From contig NZ_JMCB01000005.1 in the NCBI RefSeq assembly GCF_000737315.1, positions 248,001 through 312,000 on the forward strand: a stretch of DNA of 64,000 nt, read 5' to 3'. Under the pieces are notes generated by a model, which was given only the letters and a program-made list of their open reading frames with translations, searched no databases and was not told where the DNA came from. This document shows, one piece after another, positions 35,676 through 44,293 of this stretch; the first letter of the stretch is position 1, and every line of letters begins with the position of its first letter. A program made the translations under genes and the position numbers. The DNA comes from Hyalangium minutum. GTDB taxonomy: Bacteria; Myxococcota; Myxococcia; Myxococcales; Myxococcaceae.

Positions 35676-38498
35676 TCAGTTGCGGAAGCGCAGGAGCAGC
35701 TCCGCCTGCAGCGGGCGGTTGCGGAAGTTGGAGGTACCAAACGTGTTGGTGCCCGTGGCCGAGTACCGGTCGTTGATGGTGGACACGTCCGTGTTGTTGA
35801 ACAGGTTCACCACCAGCAGCGTCAGCTCCAGCTTCTGCTTCATGCCCAGCGGGCGGCCGAGATCGTAGCGGGCCTGCGCGTCCAGGAGGAAGGTGTCCGG
35901 GTTGCGCAGCTCGGACACGGTGGACGGATCGTTGAAATCCGGCCGGCCCGTGGCCGCGTTGACGGAGTGGCCGGTGCCGCGCTCGGAGCGGTACAGCGTG
36001 CCGCCGCCCGCGTTGACGCTGTTCATCCACAGCGGGGTGCCCGTCAGGTAGCGGAACCGGAAGCCGAAATCGAGGCCGAAGTCCGTCGCGTACGAGATGG
36101 AGCCCTTGACGGTGTGCCGGATGTCGTCCGGGTTCGGGCCCTCCGCGAAGGACTTCATGCGCGGGTTGAAGCCGTAGTTGTCGAAGTAGTTGCCCACCGT
36201 GCCGTTGGCGAACGCCAGCGTGTAGTTGGCCAGCAGGTCCCACGGGCCCGACTTGCCCTGCACCCACAGGTCCATGCCCTTGTAGTCACGCCACGCGTCG
36301 TCCGGCGAGGTGATCTTCGTGATCTGCCGCGGCTCGCCGTTCACGTAGCCCACCACGCGCGTACCGGACGGATCCCAGATTTGGTTGACCTCCTCGTCCA
36401 CCCAGAGGTTGGAGTACTTGCGGTAGGTGAAGTCCGCGCCCACCACCGCCTTGTCGCCCACCGCTTGGTGCAGGCCAAAGCTCAGCTCGTCCACCTTCGG
36501 CGTCTTCGCGTCCCGGTCGAAGATGCGGCCGGTGGGGCCACCCGCCGTCTGGCAGCCCGTCTCGGTGCCGAACGGCGTGCACTCGGCGAAGCTGTTGGTC
36601 GTGGTGTTCCAGCGCGTCGTCACCTGCGTCAGGTCCGGGTTGCCGTGCTGGGCCACGAACACGTCGCCCACGTCCGTGGAGCGGCCGAAGTGCGCCTTGA
36701 GCAGCGTGGTGCGGTCGCCGAACAGGTCATACGTGCCCGACAGACGCGGGCCGAACCCCGTCAGGTTCTTGATGAACTTGCCATCGTCCGAGTACAGCCG
36801 CCCCGCGTCGAAGCGCAGGCCGCCCACCACCGTGAAGTGGCGGTTGAGGGTGAAGCGGTCCTGGATGAACGTGCCCAGCGTCAGCACCGAGGCGTCCGTG
36901 GACAGCGGCTTCTGCTCGCCGTTCGGATCGTAGAAGTCGATGCGCCGGTCGCAGTACGCGAACGTCGTCGGATCATCCGGGTTGCACACGCCGCCGCTGC
37001 GGTCGATGTAGCGCTGGTTGCCGGTGACGCCCTGGGTCTGGCCGCCCGTCAGGTAGCCAATCTGGATGCCACCCTTCATCTGGTGCTTGTCCAGCTTGAA
37101 GGTCAGCGTCGGATCGAGCTGGAAGCGGCGCTTGGTCTCGTCCTGGTAGTTGCCCACGCGGCCGCTGCCCAGCGAGCCCGAGCTGAAGCGCGTCACGTTG
37201 CCGTCGCTGTGCGAGACGGCGTCGTCATCGTCGTTCTGCGGCCCGAAGTGCGCGTCCTTGTACGTGGTACCCGCGGACACCTGGAACAGCATGGTGTCGG
37301 TCAGCGGCCGGTCGTAGTTGACGATGAAGAAGAAGCCGCCGCGGTTGATCTTCGACTCGGCGTCCAGCGCGGTGCTGGAGTTGGAGATGTTGTTGTCGAT
37401 GAGGTTCCGGTCGTAGTTGAACGCGAAGGAGATGCGGTCCTTGGCCGTGGGCTGCCAGGTGAGCTTCAGGCGCGCCAGCCGCGTCTCCGTGTCCTTCGGG
37501 CGGTTGGTCAGCTCCTCACCGGGCAGGGTGATGGGCGTCTCCTGGTGCGAGAAGTTCCACTGGCCCGAGGCGTAGAACCACAGCCGGTCCTTCACGATGG
37601 GGCCACCGAAGGCCACCAGCGGGCTGTAGAAGCTCGTCTCCGCCTGCGGGGTGTCGTTCTGGATGAAGCCGCCCACCGCGCTGCTCTGGTTGGAGGCCGA
37701 CAGCGCCTTGGCGTTGGACCACGCCGGCGACAGCACCATCGTCACGTCATAGGTGAAGTCGTTGGAGCCGCTCTTGGTGACGACGTTCTCGATCATGCCC
37801 AGCGAGTTGTACTGAGCGTCCAGACCGCCGGTGATCACTTCGAAGTTCTCCACGGCGTAGAAGTTGAACGGGGCGCTGATGCTGCCGTCCGTCACGTCCG
37901 TGGTGTCCATGCCGTCCACGAAGCTCTTGCCGTAGCGCGACAGGCCGCCGCGGCTGCTGGGCGCGTTGCCCGGGCCCACGCCCGCCACCAGCTGGGGAAT
38001 GGCCTGCACCTGGTTGAACACGGGGGTGGCCGAGGCCTTCTCCGCCGTCAGCACCGCGCCCGTCTGCGCCGAGTCCGGGTTGATGATGGGGTTGACCTGG
38101 GTGACGATCTCATAGGTGGCCACCGCCTCCGTCTCGGTGAGCACCTCGAGCTTCACGTCCACCGGGGACGTCTGCCCCAGGCGCACGTTGATGCCCGTCT
38201 TCTTGATGGGCGTGAAGCCCTCCACCTTCACCTCGAGCGCGTACTTCTCGCCCGGCGGCACCAGGGTGAACTCGAAGCGGCCGTCATCGCCGCTCGTCGT
38301 CGTCTGCGGCTGCTGCATGGACGGGCCGCTCAGCGTCAGCGGAACCTCGGCCAGCGGAGCGCCGGTGGGGTCATACACGTAGCCAGACACCTGGCCGTAG
38401 TTCTCGCCCGCCGCCAGCGCGGTCTGGGGCAGCGCAACGAGCGCCAGCAGGGCCAGGAGCAGCACCCGGCCGCCGAGAGACAGAAGGGAGGTCTTCAT
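35676..38498 (-). CDS. TonB-dependent receptor with N-terminal carboxypeptidase-regulatory-like domain (Oar-like)
   Basis: Signal peptide; GQVSGYVYDPTGAPLAEVPLTL; plug motif VENFEVITGGLDAQY; beta-barrel with YSPLVAFGGPIVKDRLWFY. Confidence 0.92.
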   Translation of the reverse strand: MKTSLLSLGGRVLLLALLALVALPQTALAAGENYGQVSGYVYDPTGAPLAEVPLTLSGPSMQQPQTTTSGDDGRFEFTLVPPGEKYALEVKVEGFTPIKKTGINVRLGQTSPVDVKLEVLTETEAVATYEIVTQVNPIINPDSAQTGAVLTAEKASATPVFNQVQAIPQLVAGVGPGNAPSSRGGLSRYGKSFVDGMDTTDVTDGSISAPFNFYAVENFEVITGGLDAQYNSLGMIENVVTKSGSNDFTYDVTMVLSPAWSNAKALSASNQSSAVGGFIQNDTPQAETSFYSPLVAFGGPIVKDRLWFYASGQWNFSHQETPITLPGEELTNRPKDTETRLARLKLTWQPTAKDRISFAFNYDRNLIDNNISNSSTALDAESKINRGGFFFIVNYDRPLTDTMLFQVSAGTTYKDAHFGPQNDDDDAVSHSDGNVTRFSSGSLGSGRVGNYQDETKRRFQLDPTLTFKLDKHQMKGGIQIGYLTGGQTQGVTGNQRYIDRSGGVCNPDDPTTFAYCDRRIDFYDPNGEQKPLSTDASVLTLGTFIQDRFTLNRHFTVVGGLRFDAGRLYSDDGKFIKNLTGFGPRLSGTYDLFGDRTTLLKAHFGRSTDVGDVFVAQHGNPDLTQVTTRWNTTTNSFAECTPFGTETGCQTAGGPTGRIFDRDAKTPKVDELSFGLHQAVGDKAVVGADFTYRKYSNLWVDEEVNQIWDPSGTRVVGYVNGEPRQITKITSPDDAWRDYKGMDLWVQGKSGPWDLLANYTLAFANGTVGNYFDNYGFNPRMKSFAEGPNPDDIRHTVKGSISYATDFGLDFGFRFRYLTGTPLWMNSVNAGGGTLYRSERGTGHSVNAATGRPDFNDPSTVSELRNPDTFLLDAQARYDLGRPLGMKQKLELTLLVVNLFNNTDVSTINDRYSATGTNTFGTSNFRNRPLQAELLLRFRN

Positions 38499-38530
38499 GG
38501 GGGCGTTCTCGAAGGAAGCGAGGGAGGAGC

Positions 38531-39532
38531 TCACGGCGCACCCGTGGTGAGGAAGAGGGTGCCGGTGTACCGGGTCGCCTTGCTCATATCCACGGCGGTG
38601 GCGGCGCACGGCGCGTCGTAGCAGAGGCTCTTGAACGAGGCGGGCGTGGTGCCCGTGGGCGCGGTGAACTCACGCAGCTTCACCACCGGAGACCAGTCTT
38701 TCTCGCCGGGCCGCGCGAACAGCACCAGCACGTTGTTGGCCGTCGTCGAAGAAGCCGTGCCCGTGGTCGGGTTGACGATGACGCCGTCCATCGTCTTCAC
38801 CACGTCCACCATGGCGTTGTCCGTGCCCACCGGCTGCTGCTCGGTGGGGACATTGCCCGCGTCCAGGTAGTTGAGCAGCAGTCCCTTGAACCAGCCCAGA
38901 GGCGGCGTGTACGCGGTGCCGTCGGATCGGCGCACCTCGGCTGCGGCGATGACCGGCCGCATGACCACGGTGGTAGCGGGCTCATCGTCTGAGGGTTCTT
39001 GCTTCGCCAGGTTGAACTCACCCTTGTCGATGGTGACGGCGCTCTTGAGCGCGTTGCAGTCGTACGCGCCCGAGCCCGTCCACTTCACCAACTTCATCAG
39101 AGGCAGCACCGCCGGCGCGGTCGAGGAGGTGTTGGCCACCGGGATGCGCGTGAAGACCGGGTACTGCGTCGTCGCATCGAACGCGTCGGTGCGCGGATCA
39201 TACGCCTCGCCGGCCTTGCAGCCCTCCGGGAACTCGTACACGGAAGTGGCCAGGCTCTCGGTGATGAGGAACGGCGGCGCCTTGGTCTTGTCCGTGTTGG
39301 GGTTGGCGACCAGGCCCAGGTTGTAGACGAGGACGGGATCATTATTCACCGTCACCGTCTGCGGCAGGTAGCACCTGGCGCTGCCGCACGAGCCCGCGGG
39401 CAGGAACTTCGAATCCAGCACGCTGGTATCGATATAGCCCTGGAACTTGTCTTCCGTCTGCTCGGAGTCACCACACGACACCACGCTCAGGGCCGCTACG
39501 AGCCCGAGCGTCTGCTTCCATGGAATCTGCAC
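38531..39532 (-). CDS. Lipoprotein co-transcribed with the TonB-dependent receptor (start uncertain)
   Basis: TLGLVAALSVVSC lipobox; ends 32 bp before the receptor start; several Cys. Confidence 0.75.
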   Translation of the reverse strand: MQIPWKQTLGLVAALSVVSCGDSEQTEDKFQGYIDTSVLDSKFLPAGSCGSARCYLPQTVTVNNDPVLVYNLGLVANPNTDKTKAPPFLITESLATSVYEFPEGCKAGEAYDPRTDAFDATTQYPVFTRIPVANTSSTAPAVLPLMKLVKWTGSGAYDCNALKSAVTIDKGEFNLAKQEPSDDEPATTVVMRPVIAAAEVRRSDGTAYTPPLGWFKGLLLNYLDAGNVPTEQQPVGTDNAMVDVVKTMDGVIVNPTTGTASSTTANNVLVLFARPGEKDWSPVVKLREFTAPTGTTPASFKSLCYDAPCAATAVDMSKATRYTGTLFLTTGAP

Positions 39533-39643
39533 GCAATACCTCTTCGGGAGGGGGGGACGAAGATGGGCGCGCGCACCCTGCCATGTGTCCACTGCCGATC
39601 ACCAGACCCACCCAGGACGTAGGTCATACGAATAACTTATGAT

Positions 39644-39708
39644 ATCCATTTGACACATGGATGAAACGGGTTTGACACAGAATCCCGTTTATGGGCGGCA
39701 AACGGGTT
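39644..39708. promoter_or_regulatory. AT-rich divergent promoter with two TTGACAC boxes and nested inverted repeats
   Basis: TTGACAC at 39650 and 39672 (22 bp apart); ATCCAT/ATGGAT flank the first, AAACGGG/CCCGTTT flank the second; another AAACGGG at 39700. Confidence 0.55.
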
Positions 39709-39796
39709 GTCTGCCTCACTTCACTCAGGGCGTTGGGTGCACCCCCGGGGGCTGTGGTATGGCCACTCATCACCCGCGCGGAGCCCCCAACCACCC

Positions 39797-40543
39797 ATGT
39801 TCGCGCAGCAGCTCGCCCCTCCTCCTTCCTCACGCTTCGCAGGCTTCGCGTTCTTCTCGGTGGTCGTCCACGCCGCGGTGATCGGCGGGCTCATCCTCTG
39901 GGCCGATAGGAAGCAGGACCTCCAGGAGAAGGAGGTGAAGGTCGTCTTCATGGCGGCCAAGGCCGCTCCCCCGCCGCCACCTCCTCCCCCGCCGCCTCCT
40001 CCGGCGCCTCGGAAGGTGACCCCCAAGGTCACTCCCAAGCCCAAGGAAATCGTCATCCCCAAGGAGGTGAAGCCCATCGAACCTCCCAAGGAGGAGAAGC
40101 CGCCGGAGCCGGAGCCCGAGCCCACGCCCGAGCCCGAGACGACGGAGGCGGTAGAGGGCGGCGAGGAGGGCGGCGTGGCCGGAGGCGTGATTGGCGGTGT
40201 CGTCGGCGGGGTGGTGGGCGGGGTGGTGGGCAGCACCGGGACGGTGCCCGAGCCGGCGAAGCCCAAGAACGTGCCGGAGTTCGTCATCAAGCGAGACTTG
40301 GTGCGCCAGGTGCCGCCCAAGCTCTCCGAGGTCTTCAAGCAGTCCCACCGCAACGACGGCGCGGTGAAGGGCAAGTACCGCATCTGCGTGGGCACGGACG
40401 GGCACGTCTACGACGTCATCCCCGAGGAGCCCATCCCCGGCGCGGACGAGGACATCATCTCCGGCATCAAGGAGGGCTGGGAGTACAAGCCCCAGAAGGT
40501 GCCGGTCTGCTTCCTCTACATCATGTCCATCAAGATTCAGTGA
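39797..40543 (+). CDS. TonB-like energy transducer with divergent C-terminal domain
   Basis: TM FSVVVHAAVIGG (SxxxH), poly-Pro linker, EGGEEGGVAGGVIGGVVGG motif, TonB_C-like tail (GKYRICVGTDGHVYDV...WEYKP). Confidence 0.8.
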   Translation: MFAQQLAPPPSSRFAGFAFFSVVVHAAVIGGLILWADRKQDLQEKEVKVVFMAAKAAPPPPPPPPPPPPAPRKVTPKVTPKPKEIVIPKEVKPIEPPKEEKPPEPEPEPTPEPETTEAVEGGEEGGVAGGVIGGVVGGVVGGVVGSTGTVPEPAKPKNVPEFVIKRDLVRQVPPKLSEVFKQSHRNDGAVKGKYRICVGTDGHVYDVIPEEPIPGADEDIISGIKEGWEYKPQKVPVCFLYIMSIKIQ

Positions 40544-40549
40544 GCGGAG

Positions 40550-40576
40550 CGGGCCCCGCAAAAACCACGGGGCCCG
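40550..40576. terminator. Hairpin between convergent tonB-like and wall-hydrolase genes
   Basis: CGGGCCCCG-CAAAAACCA-CGGGGCCCG, 9-bp stem. Confidence 0.55.
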
Positions 40577-40672
40577 GAGCTTGCGCTCCAGACCCCGTGC
40601 CGGTTCTTCATCACCGGTGCGAGGCCGCGAGCTCCAGGTCCAAGGTCCCGGGCTCGCGCCTCACTTCGTTTC

Positions 40673-42400
40673 TCAGCCCAGGACGTTCAGCGCGCGGCGG
40701 TAGTAGGCCTCGCGGCTGGACAGCCCGTTGTAGCCGCCGTTGATGCGGCGCGTGACTTCGCGGAAGTTGCCCGCGTCCGCGTACTTGTTCAGGCCGCGGC
40801 TGTTCCAGAACCACGCGGCGGTGCGGAAGCCCACGTCGATGTCCGCGGCGCGCTTCGGGTTGTGCTCCAGGTCGATGCCCAGCGCCTTGCCCGCCGCCCG
40901 GTAGTTGGCGCGGCCGGTCAGCTGGATGGGGCCACGGCCCTTGAAGCGCACGCCGTCGCCCGGCTGGGTGTTGCCCAGGTCCTTGCGGCCCTCGTACGCC
41001 GCGCCCGAGGCAATCTCCTCGAAGTAGCGCAGCTCGCCGCTCTCGTGCGCCAGCTGGGCCAGGAAGGCCGCCTGACGCTTCGGCGTGTTGATCTGGGCCT
41101 CCTGCATCGCCTTGTTCAGGTGCGGAAGCACCTGGCGCGCCTTCGCGTCCGACAGGTTCGGCATGACCTTCTTCAGCTGCTGCAGGGAGACGCCGCCCTT
41201 GACCGGACCCGGATCCGCCGGCTTCACGCCGCCCGTGCCGGTGGTCGTGCCGCCGCCGCTGCTGCCGCCCACCTTGGCGCCCAGCTTCTCGAAGGCCTTC
41301 CGGGTCAGCGGCCCGTAGTAGCCCGTGGCCGGCACGTTGTGCGCCTTCTGGAACTCCTTGAGCGCCGACTCGGTGCGGGGACCGAAGACGCCGGGGCCCG
41401 TGTTCATCTCCTTCTGCGTCATGTTGCCGGCCTTCACCAGCGCCGCCTGGAGCTGCTTCACCGCCGCGCCCTGCGCGCCGCGCTTCAGGTCACCGCCCGG
41501 CACCGCGGCACCCTTCACCGAGGTGGAGGGCTTCGGCTCCGGCTTGCTCGGGGTGGAGGGCTTGGTCGGCGTGGAGGGCTTCGGCGCCGTGCCCGGGTTC
41601 GGGTTGCCGCCGGAGAACGTCACCAGCTGGCCCGTGGACTTGTAGCTCTTGGGGCCGCCCACCAGCCGGTTGCCCACCTGGTTCAGGGTGATCTGCTTCC
41701 CGGTGGCCGGATCATTGGCGTAGTAGACGTTCTTGCCGCCCTCGCGGCCGCGGCCCGTCACGGTGATCCAGTGGTCGGTGCCGTTGGCGCCGCCGTTGCT
41801 GCCGGCCTTGTAGTCCACGCCGATCACCACCGGCCGGCCCTTGTCGATCTGCTTGTTGATGGTGTCCAGGTTCCACGACTGCTTGGCGGCGCCCAGGCCC
41901 CCCATCTGCGCGGCCTTGCCCCAGATGAGGCCGTTGCCCGCGTAGCCGCCGTGCGTATCCAGGTACTGATCCATCTCGCCGGGGTTGATGACCTTGCCGG
42001 TGATCTTGCTCACCGCCATGGAGGTGGCCGTCATGGCGCAGCCCGCCGCCGCCAGGCTGGAGCTGGTGCCCAGGCGCCGGCCGCCCCACTGCGGGTCTCC
42101 CTGGCGGTACATCGGCGTGCCGTCACGCGAGGTGGGGAACTTGCGGCCGTCGCCATCCTTCACCGGGCCGCGCGCCGCTGCCGAGGCCTGGGGCGCCGAG
42201 CCGCCCCCGCTGGACGCAGGGCGCGAGGCCGGCTTGGAGTCGAACCCGTCCGACTTGCCGGGGACGGTCAGCTTCTGCCCGGCGAAGATCTTGTTGGGGT
42301 TGGAGATGTGGTTGGCCTTGGCCAGCGCCGAGACCGACGTGTTGAACCGGGCCGCGATGGCGCTCAGGGTGTCGCCGTTTCGAATCGAGTAAGTGGACAC
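40673..42400 (-). CDS. Multidomain cell-wall hydrolase: LysM, C39-like cysteine peptidase, PG-binding-1, GH19
   Basis: YSIRNGDTLSAIAARFNTSVSALAKAN (LysM); YRQGDPQW...AGCAMT...DHWITV...ANDP (C39_2-like); LKRGAQGAAVKQLQAAL (PG_binding_1); QAAFLAQLAHESGEL...FKGRGPIQLTGRANY (GH19). GTG start at 42400; no signal peptide. Confidence 0.88.
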   Translation of the reverse strand: MSTYSIRNGDTLSAIAARFNTSVSALAKANHISNPNKIFAGQKLTVPGKSDGFDSKPASRPASSGGGSAPQASAAARGPVKDGDGRKFPTSRDGTPMYRQGDPQWGGRRLGTSSSLAAAGCAMTATSMAVSKITGKVINPGEMDQYLDTHGGYAGNGLIWGKAAQMGGLGAAKQSWNLDTINKQIDKGRPVVIGVDYKAGSNGGANGTDHWITVTGRGREGGKNVYYANDPATGKQITLNQVGNRLVGGPKSYKSTGQLVTFSGGNPNPGTAPKPSTPTKPSTPSKPEPKPSTSVKGAAVPGGDLKRGAQGAAVKQLQAALVKAGNMTQKEMNTGPGVFGPRTESALKEFQKAHNVPATGYYGPLTRKAFEKLGAKVGGSSGGGTTTGTGGVKPADPGPVKGGVSLQQLKKVMPNLSDAKARQVLPHLNKAMQEAQINTPKRQAAFLAQLAHESGELRYFEEIASGAAYEGRKDLGNTQPGDGVRFKGRGPIQLTGRANYRAAGKALGIDLEHNPKRAADIDVGFRTAAWFWNSRGLNKYADAGNFREVTRRINGGYNGLSSREAYYRRALNVLG

Positions 42401-42470
42401 GAGAATTTCTCTCCGCTTGAGAGTGACTTGCCCAGGTTTTCGTCCGATTCGAGAATCAAGTTGCGCGATG

Positions 42471-42571
42471 GAGCGAACATTCTTGATAAAATGTTTGCTC
42501 GATGCAGGAAGCGGCACTGAGGGTGCCTACATGTACACTCCATGTAGGCATTCCAGATCGACATTTCGATC
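42471..42571 (-). promoter_or_regulatory. Cluster of four inverted repeats including a sigma54-like -24/-12 element upstream of the wall hydrolase
   Basis: GAGCGAACATT/AATGTTTGCTC (42471-42500); GGCAC-TGAGG-GTGCC (42513-42527; minus strand AGGCAC-N5-GTGC); perfect TGCCTACATG-N7-CATGTAGGCA (42524-42550); GATCGA/TCGATC (42556-42571). Confidence 0.5.
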
Positions 42572-42605
42572 AATAGGTGCCTGAGTCACCTGAATTCCGG
42601 GCTGA

Positions 42606-43316
42606 TCATTTCATCCCGAACTGGGCGGCGCCGGGGATGAGGGTGGCGGAGAGGACCTCGGGCAGGGTGTCCTCGAGCTGCTGGCCGTCCGATGCCGTGA
42701 CGCGCACGCGGATGGGGCCAGCGCCCATGCCGGGCTGCACGAAGTAGTTATAGGAGGTGCGGGGGATGTCGGTCCAAGCGCCGTCCTTCATCCACTCCAG
42801 CTTCTGGATGGGCAGCAGGTGGTTGCGCACCTGGATGGCGGCCCAGTACGGGTTGCTGTCCTCCTTGAAGCGGTACTGCACGGGGCCTGTCACCGGGCAG
42901 GTGACGTAGCGCCAGCGGAGGGTCGTCTGGAGGAAATCCGAGGCGCCCACCTGGTCGAACACGTGCTTGCTGAGGCCGACCTGCTCCGCCGCGCAGCTGT
43001 AGCAGCGGTCCACGACGCGGGCGACCACGGGCTTCTGGTTGGGGCCAACGACTTCGATGCAGGCCCCGCACATGAAGCCCTCGCCGTAGTCGCTGTCGTT
43101 CAGCGCGGCCAAGCTCAGGTCAGCCGGGCTCGCGTCGAAGTTGCAGTTGCCCGTGCCGTCCGTCTCGACGCGCGTGGCGACGGTGTCCTGCGGATCCGAG
43201 ATGGGCTCGACAGGGACAGGGACTCCTTCTTCGGGAGTGGTACCAGAGCACGCCGCCAGGCTCAGCATTCCGGCGGCGATGAGCGCGGAAGGAAGGAGAA
43301 CGTTCTCGCGTCGCAT
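42606..43316 (-). CDS. Bacterial expansin (EXLX1-like) lipoprotein, copy 1
   Basis: Lipobox SLAAC; GFMCGACIEV, VVDRCYSC (conserved Asp), NPYWAAIQVRNH, YNYFV. Confidence 0.9.
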   Translation of the reverse strand: MRRENVLLPSALIAAGMLSLAACSGTTPEEGVPVPVEPISDPQDTVATRVETDGTGNCNFDASPADLSLAALNDSDYGEGFMCGACIEVVGPNQKPVVARVVDRCYSCAAEQVGLSKHVFDQVGASDFLQTTLRWRYVTCPVTGPVQYRFKEDSNPYWAAIQVRNHLLPIQKLEWMKDGAWTDIPRTSYNYFVQPGMGAGPIRVRVTASDGQQLEDTLPEVLSATLIPGAAQFGMK

Positions 43317-43330
43317 GAAGACTCCTGGGT

Positions 43331-43358
43331 GAGGGGGGCCTCAGGATACGCCCCCCTC
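43331..43358 (-). terminator. Intercistronic hairpin between the two expansin genes
   Basis: GAGGGGGGC-N10-GCCCCCCTC, perfect 9-bp stem just upstream of the RBS of copy 1. Confidence 0.45.
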
Positions 43359-43421
43359 GGTGTCTCATGCTGGACAGATCAGAACTCCTTGAAATCACGG
43401 AGAAACGAGGTGAAACATGTT

Positions 43422-44138
43422 TCACTGCAATGCGAACTGTTTCGCGCCGTTGAAGATCTGGTTCGCCTCGATTTCCGGCAGGGTGTCCACGAGCTGCTGG
43501 CCGTCCGTGGCGGTGAGGCGGAGCTGCACGGGGCCCTTGCCCATGCCGGAGGACGCGACGAAGTAGTTATAGGACTCGCGCTTCACCTCGACCCAGGAGC
43601 CGCTCTTCATCCACTCCAGCTTCTGGATGGGCAGCAGGTGGTTGCGCACCTGGATGGCGGCCCAGTCTGGGTTGCTGCCCTCCTTGATGCGGTAGCGCAC
43701 GGGGCCCTGCACGGCGCAGCTGACGAGCCGCCAGCGCGTCTGCACGCGGCCCGCGTCGACGGGAGAGATCTTCGCGAAGGCCTCCTTGCTCAGGTCCAGG
43801 TGGCCGGCGGCGCACTCGGGGCAGCTGTCGGTGATGCGCACGCGCACGGTGCCCTGGGGGCCCTCCACCTCCGCGCACGCGCCGCACATCGCGCTGTTGT
43901 TGAACTCGGAGGCGTTCATCGCCGCCACGTCCATGTCGTTCGGGCTCTTGTCATAGCCGCAGTGGCCCGAGCCATCCGCGTAGTACCAGGTGGCGATTCC
44001 GTTCTTGAAGTCGGTCAGGCCTTTGACGCCGTCGATCACCTCTCCCTTGAAAGACTCCGAGGAGGAGCACGCCGCCAGGCCCAGCGTGCAGGCCAGAGCG
44101 GTGAGACAACGAAGAGAGGACAGAGAAGTGGCTCGCAT
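43422..44138 (-). CDS. Bacterial expansin (EXLX1-like) lipoprotein, copy 2
   Basis: Lipobox GLAAC; GIATWYYADGSGHCGY, CGACAEV, ITDSCPEC..GHLDLSKEAF, WAAIQVRNH. Confidence 0.92.
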   Translation of the reverse strand: MRATSLSSLRCLTALACTLGLAACSSSESFKGEVIDGVKGLTDFKNGIATWYYADGSGHCGYDKSPNDMDVAAMNASEFNNSAMCGACAEVEGPQGTVRVRITDSCPECAAGHLDLSKEAFAKISPVDAGRVQTRWRLVSCAVQGPVRYRIKEGSNPDWAAIQVRNHLLPIQKLEWMKSGSWVEVKRESYNYFVASSGMGKGPVQLRLTATDGQQLVDTLPEIEANQIFNGAKQFALQ

Positions 44139-44293
44139 GGAGAGGCTCCTTGACCCGTGGGTGCTTGCTCGGGTGGGCCTCGATCGTAACGGCCTTGGCG
44201 GGCTGCGTGCTCTCTTGCTTGCAGCCTGGCTGCTTGCCCGTTCGCCCCTGGGAGAAGAGTTCGGTGGCTCTGGAAAGCCGGGGGCGGTGGGGC

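Noticed and set aside
44162-44237. Three TGCTTGC copies upstream of expansin copy 2
   Set aside because: Short and irregularly spaced; could arise by chance.
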